64,000 bases of DNA from Isurus oxyrinchus. Taxonomy: Eukaryota. Shown here in pieces: positions 48,322 to 62,299 of the stretch. The position numbers and the translations under genes were made by a program. Location: positions 310,001 to 374,000 of the forward strand of contig JANJGN010000121.1 in NCBI GenBank assembly GCA_026770705.1. The letters are read 5' to 3'. The notes beneath the pieces were generated by a model that was given only the letters and a program-made list of their open reading frames with translations, was not told the DNA's origin and ran no database searches. Within the stretch, counting starts at the first letter, position 1, and each line of letters opens with the position of its first letter.

Positions 48322-50509
48322 CTGGGGAGAGAAATATCAATATTTAACTCTGGATGGTTTGTAGATCCAATAGACTCGATATCCACCCCCTCCATCACTG
48401 GGGCACAGTGGCTGCAGTGTGGACCATCTACAGGACACACAAGGAAATCCCCAAGGTTTCACAATGGATGGAAGAGAATCCTGGACACTGGAGTGGACAA
48501 GTTCATTCTATATTGGCTCATGGTCCTCAGGACCCTGTTTAGCTTTTTTTCAAATTATTCATTCATGGGATTTATTACCCATCCCATCTCCATCAGAGGC
48601 ATTTAAGAGTCAACCACATTGCTGAGGGTTTGGAGTGACATGTAGGCCAGACTGGGTAAGAGTGTCAGACCTCCTTCCCTATAGGTGATCAGTGAACCAG
48701 GCTTTTTAATCCCATTCATCTGCTGTGATGGGATTTACACCCAGGGCCCCAGTGCATCACCCTGGGCCTCTGGAATACTAGCCCAGTGACAATACCTCTC
48801 TGCTACCGCTTCCCCTTAGTGAAACCAGTCTTCCACCCAACACAGTGTCTACAAGACACACCAACTGAGATCCATTCAGTGCTGATTTACAAGACAGGAC
48901 AATGGATTAGGAGCCCTCAGAACTCCCCCCATTATCACCGTCATGAATCACTAATTAGCCTAACATTCCTGTCTGCTCTTCAACACAGCTGATTGGCTAA
49001 TCTGATTCAATCTGATTGGTGTTCATTCCCTCTTCAATGTTTAAGGAATCACCAATCACTCGGCCTCTAGTTATTCTCCTGCCTACAAGAGGGAACATTC
49101 TCTGTCTACCCAGTCAATCAAAACCTTTCATCTAATCCTAGTGGTGCTTGAGTATATAGTCAAGAATCCAGGGCAATGGAGCCTCAGGAGAAGAGATGGA
49201 AACCCTGTGAGGTGGAACGTCACTGAGGCCATCCGAGTTGAAGCGACTTTTGGAGAGAATTCCAAGGCAAGATCTTCGAAGTTGAAGACTGGAATCCCTC
49301 ATGAGAGAAACAGAGTTTCAGTGAGATTGGTTGACTGACAGTGTTCACTGATGTCCGGGTGGGTTGTTGTGAAATCCATGGGATCTGTCTTGGTCGCGTT
49401 TACAATTTAATGAGTAGTGTGGCTGTGAGACCACAGTTTGCCTGTTAATTCACATGAGCTCATATTAATCCAGAATGTTAGGGTATAAGGTGGATATTGT
49501 GAATTATTTTATCTTTCTGAGCTGGTGCAGTAAAGTTTATTTTTTTTTTTGTTTAAAAGCCATGGAATCTTGTAGCTTTATTCTCTTTGCAGGCGTCTTA
49601 AATCTCAAACCTCGTCTACTTGAAACAAAATATTATTGGTTCCTAACTGTAAATTATCAAAAAAAATTGGGTGTCTGTTCCTCCATCAGCAACTCTTCAG
49701 AATCCTGCTGAAGTCACGGATATTTCAGAAGGACAGGGAACAAGAGGTTTCTGGTATCAGCGTTTTGTGTGGGGCCCAGTTCAGTTTGAACAAATAAACA
49801 ACACCATCTTTGAAAGTCATGAACCCACCAGAGCGGCACCTCCGACACATGCAGAGCTCAGGCTAGAGGCGCTTTGTTAGTGTGTTTCACAGGGTCTGCT
49901 GGAGTAGGGTCAGTGCTGAGAGGGTCTGCTCAAGGATCATAACAACCTGCACTTGCACCTTCCAAGTAATAAGATTTTGTAAATGTATTCATTCATGGGA
50001 TGTGGGCGTCGCTGCCAAGGCCAGCATTTGCTGCCCATCTCTAATGTCCCGTGACATAATCTCTGTAGCAGAGTAGAGACAATCATGATCACTCAGGATA
50101 TTTGACATCTATCCACATGAGCAGCTTAGGCTTCCTTCTCTCTTTCAGTTATCTTACTCCCTTATTGAAGTTTCTAGCATGGTGAGAACTGAATGGTTTG
50201 CTCGGACATTTCAGAGGAACCACGTTGCTATGAGTCTGGAGTCACATGTAGGCCAGACCAGATATAGATGGCAGATTTCCTTCCCTAAAGGCCATTAGTG
50301 AACCAGATGGGTGTGTATGACAATCGATGATAGTTTCATGTTCTCCATTACTGAGACTAACTCCCATTAGTGTAAACAGAGTGAACAGTTCTCCATTGAT
50401 CCCACCTTTCCCGTTCTCTCCGGTATTTTACACACTATTGCTCGATAATTTGATTCTGCCAAGGACCCCTTGGAAAATCATGGACCCCAGTTAGACAACC
50501 AATGGAATA

Positions 50510-50620
50510 AGGAATCTCTTGGATTCTCACTGCCAAAGGAATCTCTTTGGATCCTCATTGTCTAAGGAATCTCTTCGGATCCTCATTGTCTGAAGAATCT
50601 CTTTGTATCCTCATTGTTTA
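50510..50620. repeat. About 28-29 nt tandem repeat (AAGGAATCTCTTTGGATCCTCATTGTCT); also at 34690-34800
   Basis: Four or five direct units at each site. Confidence 0.8.
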
Positions 50621-51809
50621 AGGGATTATTTCTGATCCAAACCCCATATTGTTGTATTGTTGATTCCGATGCAGCATTGTAGACTGACTTGTCCCCAAGA
50701 TCAGCACTGACCCTACTCCAGCAGACACTGTGAAACACACTAACAAAGTGCCTCTAGCCTGAGCTCTGCATGTGTCGGAGGTGCCGCTGTGTTGGTTTCA
50801 TGACTTTCAAAGATGCTGTTGTCATTTTTTTTGTTCAAACTGAACTGGGCCCCACATGAAGCGTTGATACCAGAAACCTCATGTTCCCTGTCCTTCTGAA
50901 ATATCTGTGATTCAGCAGGATTCTGAAGATTTGTTGATAAGGATCTAAAATTGTCTGATTGTCGAATGATACAACACAGGAGGAGCTCATGTGACCCATC
51001 GTGCATGTGCTGGCTCTTTCCCAATTCCTCTCCAGCACCTTTCACACAGCCCTGCAAATTTCCCTTCAAGTATTTATCCAGTTCCCCTTCTGAAAGTTCC
51101 TGTTGAATCTGCTTCCACCGCCCTTTCAGGCAGTGAGTCAATGGTCTCTCTCTGAGCTGCAAAGTGCTCAGATTCTGTGAAATTTAAACTCTGCAGCAGA
51201 TCAGAGACACTCATGATAACTCAGAATATTTGACACCTTTACACACAGACAGTTTTGCCTTTGTTCTCTCTTTCAGTTATCTTGCTCCCTTATTGAAGTA
51301 TCTAGCAAGGTGAGAATGGACAGGAAGTGTGACACTGAACAGCCTGTCTATTCTAGGGGCTGCTGTGTTGTCTTCATGGGAAATTCTGTCTAAAATCAGC
51401 AAAAGACACAAATTTCAGGGCATTGCTATCGGAGACCTCACATTAGGATAGGCTTCATCCATCAGTTTTTATCCCTGCTTCTCTACTCAACCCATCAATC
51501 CCCTTCGCTCACTGACCAACATCCGACAGCAGCTGAATTTTAAGATTCTGCTCTCACTGCTACAAACCTGCCTATCCCTGTAAACTCCTCCAGCCCCTAC
51601 AACCCTCCAAGACCTCTGGTCTCCTCCAATTCTGCTGTCAGACAGGGAGTCAGTGTATATCACTGAGCACAGGGGTGATGGGTGAATGGGACTTGGTGTG
51701 AGTTTGTACACTGGCTCACTGCTGAATCGGTTCCCAATCACACTCAATAAGAATGATCTTTTACAAAGACTATTAACCATAAATCTGTCCGAGCTGACGA
51801 TGGTATTAC

Positions 51810-51849
51810 CTTGAAGAAGTGACAGGAGGAAGTAAGATTTACCGATCAT
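51810..51849 (-). CDS. Gene C signal-peptide exon MIGKSYFLLSLLQ
   Basis: ATG at 51849 and G|gtaata donor. UTR exon 52300-52417 and AAAATGAGGAAGT at 52427-52440 lie upstream. Confidence 0.85.
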
Positions 51850-52956
51850 TGTCCACTCCCAGATATTTCCTCAGCTTCTAACTGTGAAGTTCTGAAAGAG
51901 AAAGGAGTTAATGAGACTTCACCTCTTGTCCGAATGCTCTCGAGAGATCAGAACTGCTTTTAGAGAATATCTTCACAGACAAATTTGATTCTCTGTGGGA
52001 TGATTGGTGCTCTGCAGAGAATTACAAGGCTTTCAGAAAGAAAAACAATGAAGGACTTGCATTTCTATAGCACCTTTCACCACCTCAGGATGTCCCAAAG
52101 CTCATGTCCCTGCACTTCCCTCATCCCTTGAGCTAGAAAGATGTTCTGTACAACAGACTTGAGCCTCACACCCAGATCTCAATAATCAGTAGAAATCTTT
52201 CAAAGGCATCGATCATTGGAATCTGTCTTTATAAAGTCACAACATCAACAAAGGACGGTGTTGGTGGTGGAAGTGAATTCCAATCGTTCCGTTACTTACC
52301 CAGGACCTGTCCGACTGCTCGCCTGGGGAGGAACTGCCCACACGCTCTGCTTGGGCTGAATGACCTCTTCCTGTGCTGCTCCCTCTGTGTATTTAATTAG
52401 AAAGGGTTGATGTGTCTCTGTGAGTCAAAATGAGGAAGTTGGAACAAAGTGAGAGAACAGCACTTTGCTGTGCACTGTCAGTAAACCCTGTGTCTGTATA
52501 AGAATATAAGAACAGAACAAGTAGGATCAGCTGGACACCCTGACATTTCCCCTCCTTATATTCCATCCACTCATTTTTTTACCCACTCTTTGAAACTATT
52601 TATCTCCCTCTGCAGCCTCTTTGTGTCCTCCTCACAACTTGCTTTCCTGCCCAGCTGATATATTTCCTACCTATCTTCACCATACAGTCAGAAAATCTGC
52701 CTACAGTACAGTCAGTCCCTTCATCCAAGTCACTAATGTAGATTGTGAATAGTTGAGGCCTCAGCACTGATCCCTGTGGCTCTCCACTAGTTACAGTTTA
52801 CCAAGCTGAAAATCACCCATTTATCCTGGCTCTCTGTTTCCTGTCAGTTAGCCAGTCCTCCTTCCATATTAATATATCACCCCCAACACCATCCAATTTC
52901 ACCTTGTGCTGTATCCTTTGATGTGGCACCTTAACGAATGCCTTTTGGAAATCCAG

Positions 52957-53450
52957 TGTCATGAAGAGATATTTGTGTGTGAAATATGCTTGGAAATTAT
53001 TATTTAAAATAGAATTCTAGTGGTGGTCCATGTATAGGTGTGTGTCTGTGTGTGTCTTAATTGGATTAAAGCCAGCTGGTCTGTGTGCTTTGATGTTTAG
53101 TAGTTTTGAGATGTTATTTGGGTGAATTGTGAGGAGAACAGTAAATTGTTCATTTGCAATTGTTGAATAAACCATTCAAGACTGGGGATAAAATCTTGCA
53201 CCTAGTTAGAAGAAACCAAAAGATGTGTTTTTTCTTGAACTTACTAATGAAATTGGTGCTATGAAAGGGGGTTTTATTGTTAGAAGAGCTGGAGTTCAGA
53301 AGACCGAGTGATACAATGGAAAATTTACATTCAAAGGGAAAGCTAGCTATATAAAGGAAGGAGTTTGTGTGTGTGAGGCAGGAGCATTTCAGACCTAACC
53401 AGCCTGTAGCCTCCAACCAACTTGCAAAGGAACCTCATTCAGAATTCGTA
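52957..53450 (+). mobile_element. LTR-like element fragment; related fuller copies at ~56530-57277 and ~59619-60356
   Basis: TGTCATG start and shared core (ttggattaaagccagc...gttagaagag...). The related copies end CATAACA. Confidence 0.5.
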
Positions 53451-55785
53451 ATGTCAAATGTGCTTTGCCTGGTGTCTATATTATGTCAATGGTTTTATCC
53501 CTAATTACCTTGAGAAGGTGGTGGTGAGCTGCCTTCCTGAACCTCTGCACTCCATGTGGTGTAGGTACACCCACAATGCAGTTAGAGAAGGAAGTCCAAG
53601 ATTTTGACCCAGTGGCAGTGAAGGGACGGCGATATATTTCAAAATCAGGATGATGTGTGTCTTGGAGGGGAACTTCCAGGTGGTGGTGTTCCCCTATGTC
53701 TGCTGCCCTTGTCCTTCTCAATGGTAGAGGTTGTGGGATTAGAAGGTGCTGTTGAAGGAACCTTGCTGAGTTGCTGAAGTTCATGTTGTAGATGGGACAC
53801 ACTGCTGCCACTGTGCATTGACGATGGAGGGAGTGAGTGTTGCTGTGGTTAAGGGACAGCCAATCAAGCGGGGCTGCTTTGTCCAGGGTGGTGTCGAGCT
53901 TCTTGAGTGTTGTTGGAGCTGCACTCATCCAGGCAAGTGGAGAGTATTCCATTCACACTCCTGCCTTGTGCTATGTCGATGAAGGACAGGATTTGAGGAG
54001 TCAGGAGGTGAGTTACTCACCGCAGGATTCCCAGCCTCTGAGCTGCTCTTGTAGCCACAATGTTTATGTGGCTGACCCAGTTCAGATTCTCGTCAATGGA
54101 AACCCCCAGGCTTTTGATATTCGGGGATTCAGTGATGGTGCTGCCATTGAATATCAAGGAGAGATGATTAGATTCCCTCTTGCGTGCATTCAGATTAAGA
54201 ACCTTTCTGTCTTTTCCCCATTTCCCCTACTCTGACCTTATTTGCTGGGACACTGGTTGGTGCTGGTTTCAGTCTCAGTTTGTCTCAGTTGCTCACACTC
54301 TGGCCTCTGTCTCGAGACTGATATTCCCTCTTGGTAGTGACAGTGATAGGGGTGTTGGGGAGGGTGTGGATATTGACCCCACTGCTCCCCCTCCCCCACT
54401 CCGCCATTCTTTCCTGGGAGATCCGCCAGGATCCTTGTTCCAGCTGCGATGGGCAGCCCTTCCACACTTTCCTGTCGGTCCCGCACTTCATGTGTAAAAG
54501 CGCTAAGTTAGAGCAGGGATGGGGAAATGAACAGGGGGCGTGGAATGAGTGTGGAGGTCTCACAGCCAGAACTGACCCTGCCCACAACTCTGTGAAGGGG
54601 GGGAGGTTTCACCAGCTCTCTGTCTTAACAATATCGTAAACACAGGGTGAAGATTGTCCCCATTTCCTGTATCTTAATAATATTGTAAAGACAACTGGGA
54701 GATGTCCTGCAGTCTCTGAGAAAGAATTTGGTGCACCTACAGCACCACCACTGGCAAGAGAGTGTAAGTACAGTGTGACATGTTTACATGGGAAATTTTC
54801 ATGATAAATGTGGACACAGGAATTTTTGATAATTTGGTGGGGAAATGCAATGATATGAAATAACAGATTGGAGCAGGAAGGTTGTCCTAGAGTAAGATGT
54901 TTAATAAAAATATATCTGTACAGAGTTATCTGGGCATTTCAATCCCTTGTGACAATAAATGTAATATCATAGAAAATGCAAAGGCTTCTTGTAATCTATC
55001 ACAGAATAAACAAGTTGCAGAATTCAGAAAGCACTTTCTGAAATGTTAACAAGGTTCAGTGACGTCACATTTCTGCTAATGACTATTCGGCCATGTTGGC
55101 TGCACGCAGTCAGGCAGTCCCTCGGTTCTGATGTGTCCACACAGCTGGACTGGGATGCATCAGCATCAAAGGACATGCTTAGTTGTTGCTGTGCAATGCA
55201 TTTATTGCGAGCCTGTTGCACACACGCCCTGTCGAAGGATTCTCCGTGTTTGCATTCTGAATCGAGGCAGATCAATATTACTACAACAACTTGCATTTAT
55301 ATAGCACCCATAATGTAGCAAACTATCCCAAAGCTCTTCAGGGGATTGTTAACCACATATAAATCCATCTCTGAGACACATAATGAGATATTAGGGACAG
55401 GTGACAAAAAGCTGAGTTAACAAAGCCAGTTAATAAGGACCATGTTAAAGGAAGAGAGAGAGAGAGAGAGAGAGATAGAGAAGCAGAGGGAGAGAGATAG
55501 AGAGATAGAGAGAGAGGGACAGACAGAGAAGGAAAGAGAGATAGAGAGACAGAGAGAGAGAGAGACAGAGAAGGAGAGAGAGTGACACTGAATCTCTGTC
55601 CCCAATGACTCAGCATCAAGTCGTCACTGGGGAAACATTTCATTCCAAACCACACCAACCACAGATCCATTCAGTCCCTTCCTCCCTCTCTCCCCCTGTC
55701 CCCCAGTGGGTTGTCTCGTGTTCCATGGAATCTTAAGCCCTGCCCCCACCCACAAACATCCTCACCCCCTCTCCCCGTTTCACAC

Positions 55786-56034
55786 TCAGTTTCGCTTGAA
55801 TCTGATCTGTGCGTATTCCGTCTCCTCTTCCCTGTGGACAGACCCATCACCACTGGGCACCCTGAAGACTTGGGGATTGGCGTAGAGAAGGTCGTTGGGA
55901 TTGTCAGGGATTCCATGTCCAGCATCGCCTCCCAGTGCACCTTCAGAGAGACCCCAGGGAGCTGGGGTCTCCCCCTCACTAGTTGTTTCTCTGGTTGTTT
56001 TCCGGGGCTCAGTAATCAGCACGTTCTGTTTACC
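55786..56034 (-). CDS. Gene D terminal cytoplasmic exon, distal copy (...NDLLYANPQVFRV...EEETEYAQIRFKRN*)
   Basis: tttccatttctctgtag acceptor, phase 0. TxYxxI motif. AATAAA on the minus strand at 55201-55206. Confidence 0.8.
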   Translation of the reverse strand, partial: GKQNVLITEPRKTTRETTSEGETPAPWGLSEGALGGDAGHGIPDNPNDLLYANPQVFRVPSGDGSVHREEETEYAQIRFKRN

Positions 56035-56179
56035 CTACAGAGAAATGGAAACAGAAGACATCCTCACATCATTTACTGGCACTGATAGGGTTAAATTATT
56101 GTGCAGCCTCGTTAGTGTCAGTCATGTCTCAGTGGGTTTAAATTTGTCTCATATCATATAAAAGTCACCACCTATAGCA

Positions 56180-56380
56180 ATGCAGCACTCCCTCAGTACT
56201 GACCCTCTGACAGTGCAGCACTCCCTCAGTACAGACCCTCTGACAGTGCAGCACTCCCTCAATACTGACCCTCCGACAGTGCAGCACTCCCTCAGTACTG
56301 ACCCTCCGACAGTGCAGCACTCGCTCAGTACTGACCCTCAGACAGTGCAGCACTCTCTCAGTACTGACCCTCTGTCAGTC
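56180..56380. repeat. 33-nt minisatellite in reverse orientation; also at 59070-59440
   Basis: CAGTGCAGCACTCCCTCAGTACTGACCCTCTGA units. Confidence 0.9.
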
Positions 56381-57399
56381 TCGCAATCCCTCTGAAATGT
56401 CTCTGGCAAGTGCTGGCTTAGATTCTGCACTCAGGTGCCTGGTGTGAGGCTCAATAACATGAAACTTGTAATCAGAGACATGATGAGAAAGAGAGAGAGA
56501 GGGAGAAAGAGAGAGGAAGGATTATGAATCTATTCATGTATGTATTGTAAATGGAAATTGTCTTTTTAAACAGAGGTTTAGTCTGTGGGTGTGTGTGTGT
56601 GTGTTTTAATTGGATTAAAGACAGCCGGTCTGGGGACTTTGATGTATAGTAGCTTTGAGATGTAAACAAAGAGGTAAAGAGGCATATTGCATTTTTAAAA
56701 GGAGGATTCAAAGCCTGGGAGTGAATTCTTAAACCAATCAATGTTTATATTACTAATAAAATTGATACTATGAAACGGGATTTATTGTTAGAAGAGATGG
56801 AGTTCAAAGGTCCTGATGATACAATGAGAATTTACATTCAAAGAGAAGCATTGGGTATAACTTGAGCAGTTTTGTGTGTGCAGAGCAGAGGCTTGTAACA
56901 TCAAAGCAGCTGTAAGCCTACACCTGTTAGCAAAGGAACCAAAGTGAAAAGAACCTCATTTGGAATTTGTGAGGTGAAAATGCTTTGCTTGGAATCTGCT
57001 TAAAGTCTATGGGTTATCTTAGAGGAGATTAGTTTGGGAATTTGTTATAAAGTTATGATAATACTAGTTTGTAGCCACGTGCATTTGTTTAACTTGTGTA
57101 AATTAATAAATGTCTCATGTAGTTTGATATAAACCCATCTCAAGAACTGATGGTCTTATTCCTGAATTTAGAGATGCATCTCAAACATTCCACTGGGAAA
57201 TATAGGTTATGACAGTTGTTTAAAGTTTCCCTCTGGGATTTTAAACAACAGCCTTTACCAGTTGCTGTGTCATAACAGAGAGACAGCATGATACTGAACC
57301 ATTGCTGACTCCACAGGTACAAATCAGTGGGAATCTGGGACATGTGTTGTCTACACACTGAGAGTGAAGCTTTGGAGTGAGTGTAAACAGTTCCTGTAC

Positions 57400-57481
57400 C
57401 TGGTGTTTCACAGAGAGTGGACTGGGGGTCAATGCAATGTCTCTGGTCCCTGAAACTCTCTCCTCCATCGCTGTCTTTCTC
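57400..57481 (-). CDS. Gene D juxtamembrane cytoplasmic exon, distal copy RKTAMEERVSGTRDIALTPSPLSVKHQ
   Basis: 82 nt, ttattgcag/gtacag boundaries, phase 2-0. It links the phase-2 TM exon to the phase-0 terminal exon. Confidence 0.75.
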
Positions 57482-58400
57482 CTGCAATAACACAATATCA
57501 CACTGTGGTTATCATATAGCAGCGAGTCAGTGCAGCACAGACACAGAGCACACTGTAACCTTACACCAACGAATGGGACTGTCTCTTTAAACCACTTCTG
57601 CACAAAGCACAGAATCAAGAAGCTTGACACATCCAGGACAAAGCAGCCCGATTGATCCACACCCCATCCACCACATTGAACATTCACTCCCTCCACCATG
57701 AACACACAGTGGCAGCAGTGTGTGTACCATCTACAAGATGCACTGCAGCAACTCAGCAAGGCTCCTTCAACAGCACCTTCCAAACCCACGACCTCTACCA
57801 TCTAGAAGGACAAGGGCAGCAGACACATGGGAACACCACCACCTGGAAGTTCCCCTCCAAGTCACTCACCATCCTGACTTGGAAACATATCACCGTTCCT
57901 TCACTGTCGCTGGGTCAAAATCCTGGAACTCCCTCTCTAAAAGCACTTTGGGTGTACCTACACCACATGGACCGCAGCGGGTCAAGAAGGCAGCTCACCA
58001 CCACCTTCTCAAGGGCAATTAGGGATGGGCATTAACGCTGACATCACCAGTGACAGCCACATTCGATGAAAGAATTAAAATTCTCACAGATCAATGTATT
58101 TATTGTGACCCTGCTGCACACACGCCCTGTCGAAGGAGCCTTTGTGGTTCCATTGTTAATCGAAGCAGATCAGAGTTACTACAACAACTTGCATTTCTTT
58201 AGCACCTTCAATGTAGCAAAACGTCCCAAGGCTCATCCGGGGATTGTTAGTCACATCTTCACCTGACTCTGAGGCACATGAGGAGATATTAGGGACAGGA
58301 GACCAACAGCTGAGTCAACAAAGTCAGTTCTTAACGGGCATCTTAAAGGAGGAGCTGGAGATAGAGAATGAGAGACAGACACAGAAAGAAAGACAGAGAC

Positions 58401-58439
<39 letters not shown>

Positions 58440-58440
58440 C

Positions 58441-58482
<42 letters not shown>

Positions 58483-58679
58483 TGAATCTCTATCCCCAAT
58501 GGCTCAGCATCCAGTCCTCTCTGGAGAAGCATTTCATTCCAAACCACACCAACCGCAGCCCAATCCCATCCCTTCCTCCCTCTCTCTCCCTCTCCCCCAG
58601 TGGGTTGTTTCCTGTTCCCAGGAATCTCAATCACTACCCCCACACCCACACCTCCTCACTCCCATTCCCCATTTCTCAT

Positions 58680-58928
58680 TCAGTTATGCTCGAACCTGAT
58701 CTGTGCGTATTCCGTCTCCTCTTCCCTGTGGACAGACCCATCACCACTGGAAACCCTCAAAACTTGGGGATTGGCGTAGAGAAGCTCGGCGGGATTGTCG
58801 GCGTTCCCATGTCCAGCATCGCCTCCCACTGGACCTTCAGAGAGACCCCGGGGAGCTGGGGTCTCCCCCTCACTAGTTGTGTCTCTGGTTGTGTTCCGGG
58901 GCTCAGTAATCAGCACGTTCTGTTTACC
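58680..58928 (-). CDS. Gene D terminal cytoplasmic exon, proximal copy (...AELLYANPQVLRV...EEETEYAQIRFEHN*)
   Basis: Same boundaries as the distal copy. AATAAA on the minus strand at 58099-58104. Confidence 0.8.
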   Translation of the reverse strand, partial: GKQNVLITEPRNTTRDTTSEGETPAPRGLSEGPVGGDAGHGNADNPAELLYANPQVLRVSSGDGSVHREEETEYAQIRFEHN

Positions 58929-60491
58929 CTACAGAGAAATGGAAACAGAAGACATCCTCACATCATTTACTGGCACTGATAGGGTTAAATTATTGTGCAG
59001 CCTCGTTACTGTCAGTCGTGTCTCAGTAAGTTTAACGCTCTCTCTCATGTCATATGATAGAAACCACATGTGACAGTGCAGCACTCCCTCAGTTCTGACC
59101 ATCCGACAATGCAGCGCTCCCTCAGTCCTGATCCTCTGACAGTGCAGCACTCCCTCAGTACTGACCCTCCGACAGTGCAGCACTCCCTCAGTACTGACCC
59201 ACCAACAGTGCAGCACTCCCTCAGTACTGACCCTCTGACAGTGCAGCACTCCCTCAGTCCTGACCCTCTGACAGTGCAGCACTCCCTCAGTACTGACCCT
59301 CCGACAGTGCAGCACTCCCTCAGTACTGACCCACCAACAGTGCAGCACTCCCTCTGTACTGATCCTCCGACAGTGCAGCACTTCCTCAGTACTGACCGTC
59401 CGACAATGCAGCACTCCCTCAGTACTGACCCTCTGTCAGTCTCGCACTCCCTCGGTAATGGCTCTGGCGAGAGCTGGTTTGGATTCTGCACTCAAGTGTC
59501 TGATCTGAGGCTCATTAACATGAACCTTGTAATCAGAGAGAGAATGAGAGAGAGAGAGAGAGAGAAAGAAAGAGAGGTAGGGATAGAGAGAGAGACTGAC
59601 ATGATGCGATCAATGAATATCATGTTATTGGAAATTATTTTTATTAAAATAGAGGTTTATTCTGTGGGTGTGTCTGTGTGTGTATAAATTAGATTAAAGC
59701 CAGCCAGTCTGGGTACTTTGATGTATAGTAGTTTTGAGATGTAAACAGGGAGGCAAAGAGCTAATTTTCATTTTTAAACAGCGCATTCAGTGCCTGAGAG
59801 CGAAATCTTAAAACAATCAACATTTATATTACTAATAAAATTGATACTATGAAACGGGATTTATTGTTAGAAGAGATGGAGATCAAAGGTCCTGATGATA
59901 CAATGAGAATTTACATTGAAAGAGAAGAGCTGGGTATAACTTGAGCAGTTTTGTGTGTGCAGAGCAGAGGCTTGTAACATCAAAGCAGCTGTAAGCCTGC
60001 ACCTGTCTGCAAAGGCACCAAAGTGAAAGGAACCTCATTTGGAATTTGTGAGGTGAAAATGCTTTGCCTGGTGTCTGCTTAAATTCTATGGGTTATCTTA
60101 GAGGAGATTAGTTTGGGAATTTGTTAAAAAGCCATGATAATACTAGCTTGTAGCCATGTGCATATGTTTAACTTGTGTTAATTAATAAATGGCTTATGTA
60201 GTTTGATATAAACCCATCTCGAGAACTGGTGGTCTTATTCCTGAATTTAAAGCTGCATCTCAAACATTCCACTGGGAAATATAGGTTATGACAGTTGTTT
60301 AAAGTTTCCCTCTGGGCTTTTAAACAACAGCCTTTACCAGTTGCTGTGTCATAACAGAGAGACAGCATGATACTGAACCATTGCTGACTCCACAGGTACA
60401 AATCAGTGGGTAACAGGGCTGGGAATCTGGGACATGTGTTGTCTACACACTGAGATTGAAGCTTTGGAGTGAGTGTAAACAGTTCCTGTAC

Positions 60492-60573
60492 CTGGTGCTT
60501 CACAGAGAGTGGACTGGGGGTCAATGCAATGTCACTGGTCCCTGAAACTCTCTCCTCCATCGCTGTCTTTCTC
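60492..60573 (-). CDS. Gene D juxtamembrane cytoplasmic exon, proximal copy
   Basis: 82 nt, phase 2-0, same peptide as 57400-57481. Confidence 0.8.
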
Positions 60574-61546
60574 CTGCAATAACACAATATCACACTGTGG
60601 TTATCATATAGCAGAGAGTCAGTGCAGCACAGACACAGAGCCCTCTGTAACCTTACACCAACGACTGGACTGTCTCTTTAAATCACTTCTGCACAAAGCA
60701 CAGAATTAAGAAGCTCGACACCATCCAGGACAAAGCAGCCCGATTGATCTACACCCCATCCAACACATTAAACATTCACTCCCTCCACCATGAACACACA
60801 GTGGCAGCAGTGTGTGTACCATCTACAAGATGCACTGCAGCAACTCAGCAAGGCTCCTTCAACAGCACCTTCCAAACCCACGACCTCTACCATCTAGAAG
60901 GACAAGGGCAGCAGACACATGGGAACACCACCACCTGGAAGTTCCCCTCCAAGTCACTCACCATCCTGACTTGGAAATATATCACCGTTCCTTCACTGTC
61001 GCTGGGTTAACATCCTGGAGCTCTCTCTCTAACAGCACTGTGGGTGTACCTACACCACATGGACTGCAGCGGGTCAAGAAGGCAGCTCACTACCTCCTTC
61101 TCAAGGGGCAATTAGAGATGGGCAATTAATATCGGCCTCACCAGTGACAGCCAGATTCGATTAAAGAATTAAAAATCTCACAGCTCAGGAGGAAGCCACT
61201 CAGCCCATCGTGCCTGTGCTGGCCCTTTGAAAAAACTGTCGAAATAGTCCCAATACCCAGACTGTTCAATCATTCCTGATGGTTATAACCACCACTCCGG
61301 TTGTGTGGAATCACAAGGTGACCTGATACAATCCAGGAGTAATCGTGCAGAGTGAGGAATCTCTGGTTCTCCTGATCGTTTACCTGGATACAGGACAATG
61401 AAAGGTTCTCTCCGGATCAGAGTGGACACAGGGACCACTTACAGAGAGGGACCTGGTGCTGATCCCAAGGGAAACAATCACCGACTTAAGGAAAGAACTT
61501 TGAAGTAAATATTTAAATTAAAATCAAGTTAAATCTTCAGACTTAC

Positions 61547-61643
61547 TTTCTCACACAGATGAAGATGAAGATTCCAGCCAGGAAAACACTCAACATGATC
61601 CCAGCCGTGAACAATCCTACTGTCCATTTACTGGAGTCTCTAC
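61547..61643 (-). CDS. Gene D TM exon RDSSKWTVGLFTAGIMLSVFLAGIFIFICVRK (uncharged TM)
   Basis: 97 nt, tttttacag/gtaagt boundaries, phase 1-2. Confidence 0.85.
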
Positions 61644-62299
61644 CTGTAAAAACAGCCATTAATTACTGCACTACAGATTTACAATGATGCTCCGATGTAT
61701 CTCGAGAAGCGATACACTCACTCAGTGTTTAAATACTCATTCTCGGGCAATGCTGACATTTATTTTCCATCCCTACTTTCCCCTTGAGAAGGTGGTGGGG
61801 GGTCTTCCTCCTGAACCACTGGTTTGTCCCAAACTGGGAGACCAGTTCAGAGGGCAGGTAAGAGTTAACCATGTTGGTGTCTGAGACTGGAGTCACATAC
61901 ACACCCAGAACTTTTAAAATGGACAGGTTTTCCTCACTAAATGGACATTAGTGACCCACCCTATACATGTGATCTCTAAATACGTATCAAACAACCTCAT
62001 TAAAATAATACATTATCAGATCACTGTCACCTTGCTTTGTGGGATCTTGCTGTGCACAGGTTGGTGCCGTGTTTCCTACATTACAACATGACAATGCTTC
62101 AAACATATATCGTTGACTGTAAAGTGTTTCGTGACGATCTGGTCATTCAATAAATACAGGTCACCCTTTTCAATGTATCATTTATTGATAATTTGATCAA
62201 TGAAATATATGAATATTAATCAAACTCCAATTTCTGCCTGTTCACTGTTGACTAAAACCTGCCAAGACCCTGAGTCACATAAGGTGATGTCAGGGACAG

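Noticed and set aside
55338-55670. SLSLSL / RERERE ORFs (also 58244-58979)
   Set aside because: GA/TC microsatellite translations in 3'UTR sequence.
61323-61383. 61-nt exon-like segment (cctgtatccag...ATCAG|gtcacc) between gene D TM and linker exons
   Set aside because: In the required phase 2 it reads TAA immediately and the donor is weak. There is no support as a coding exon.
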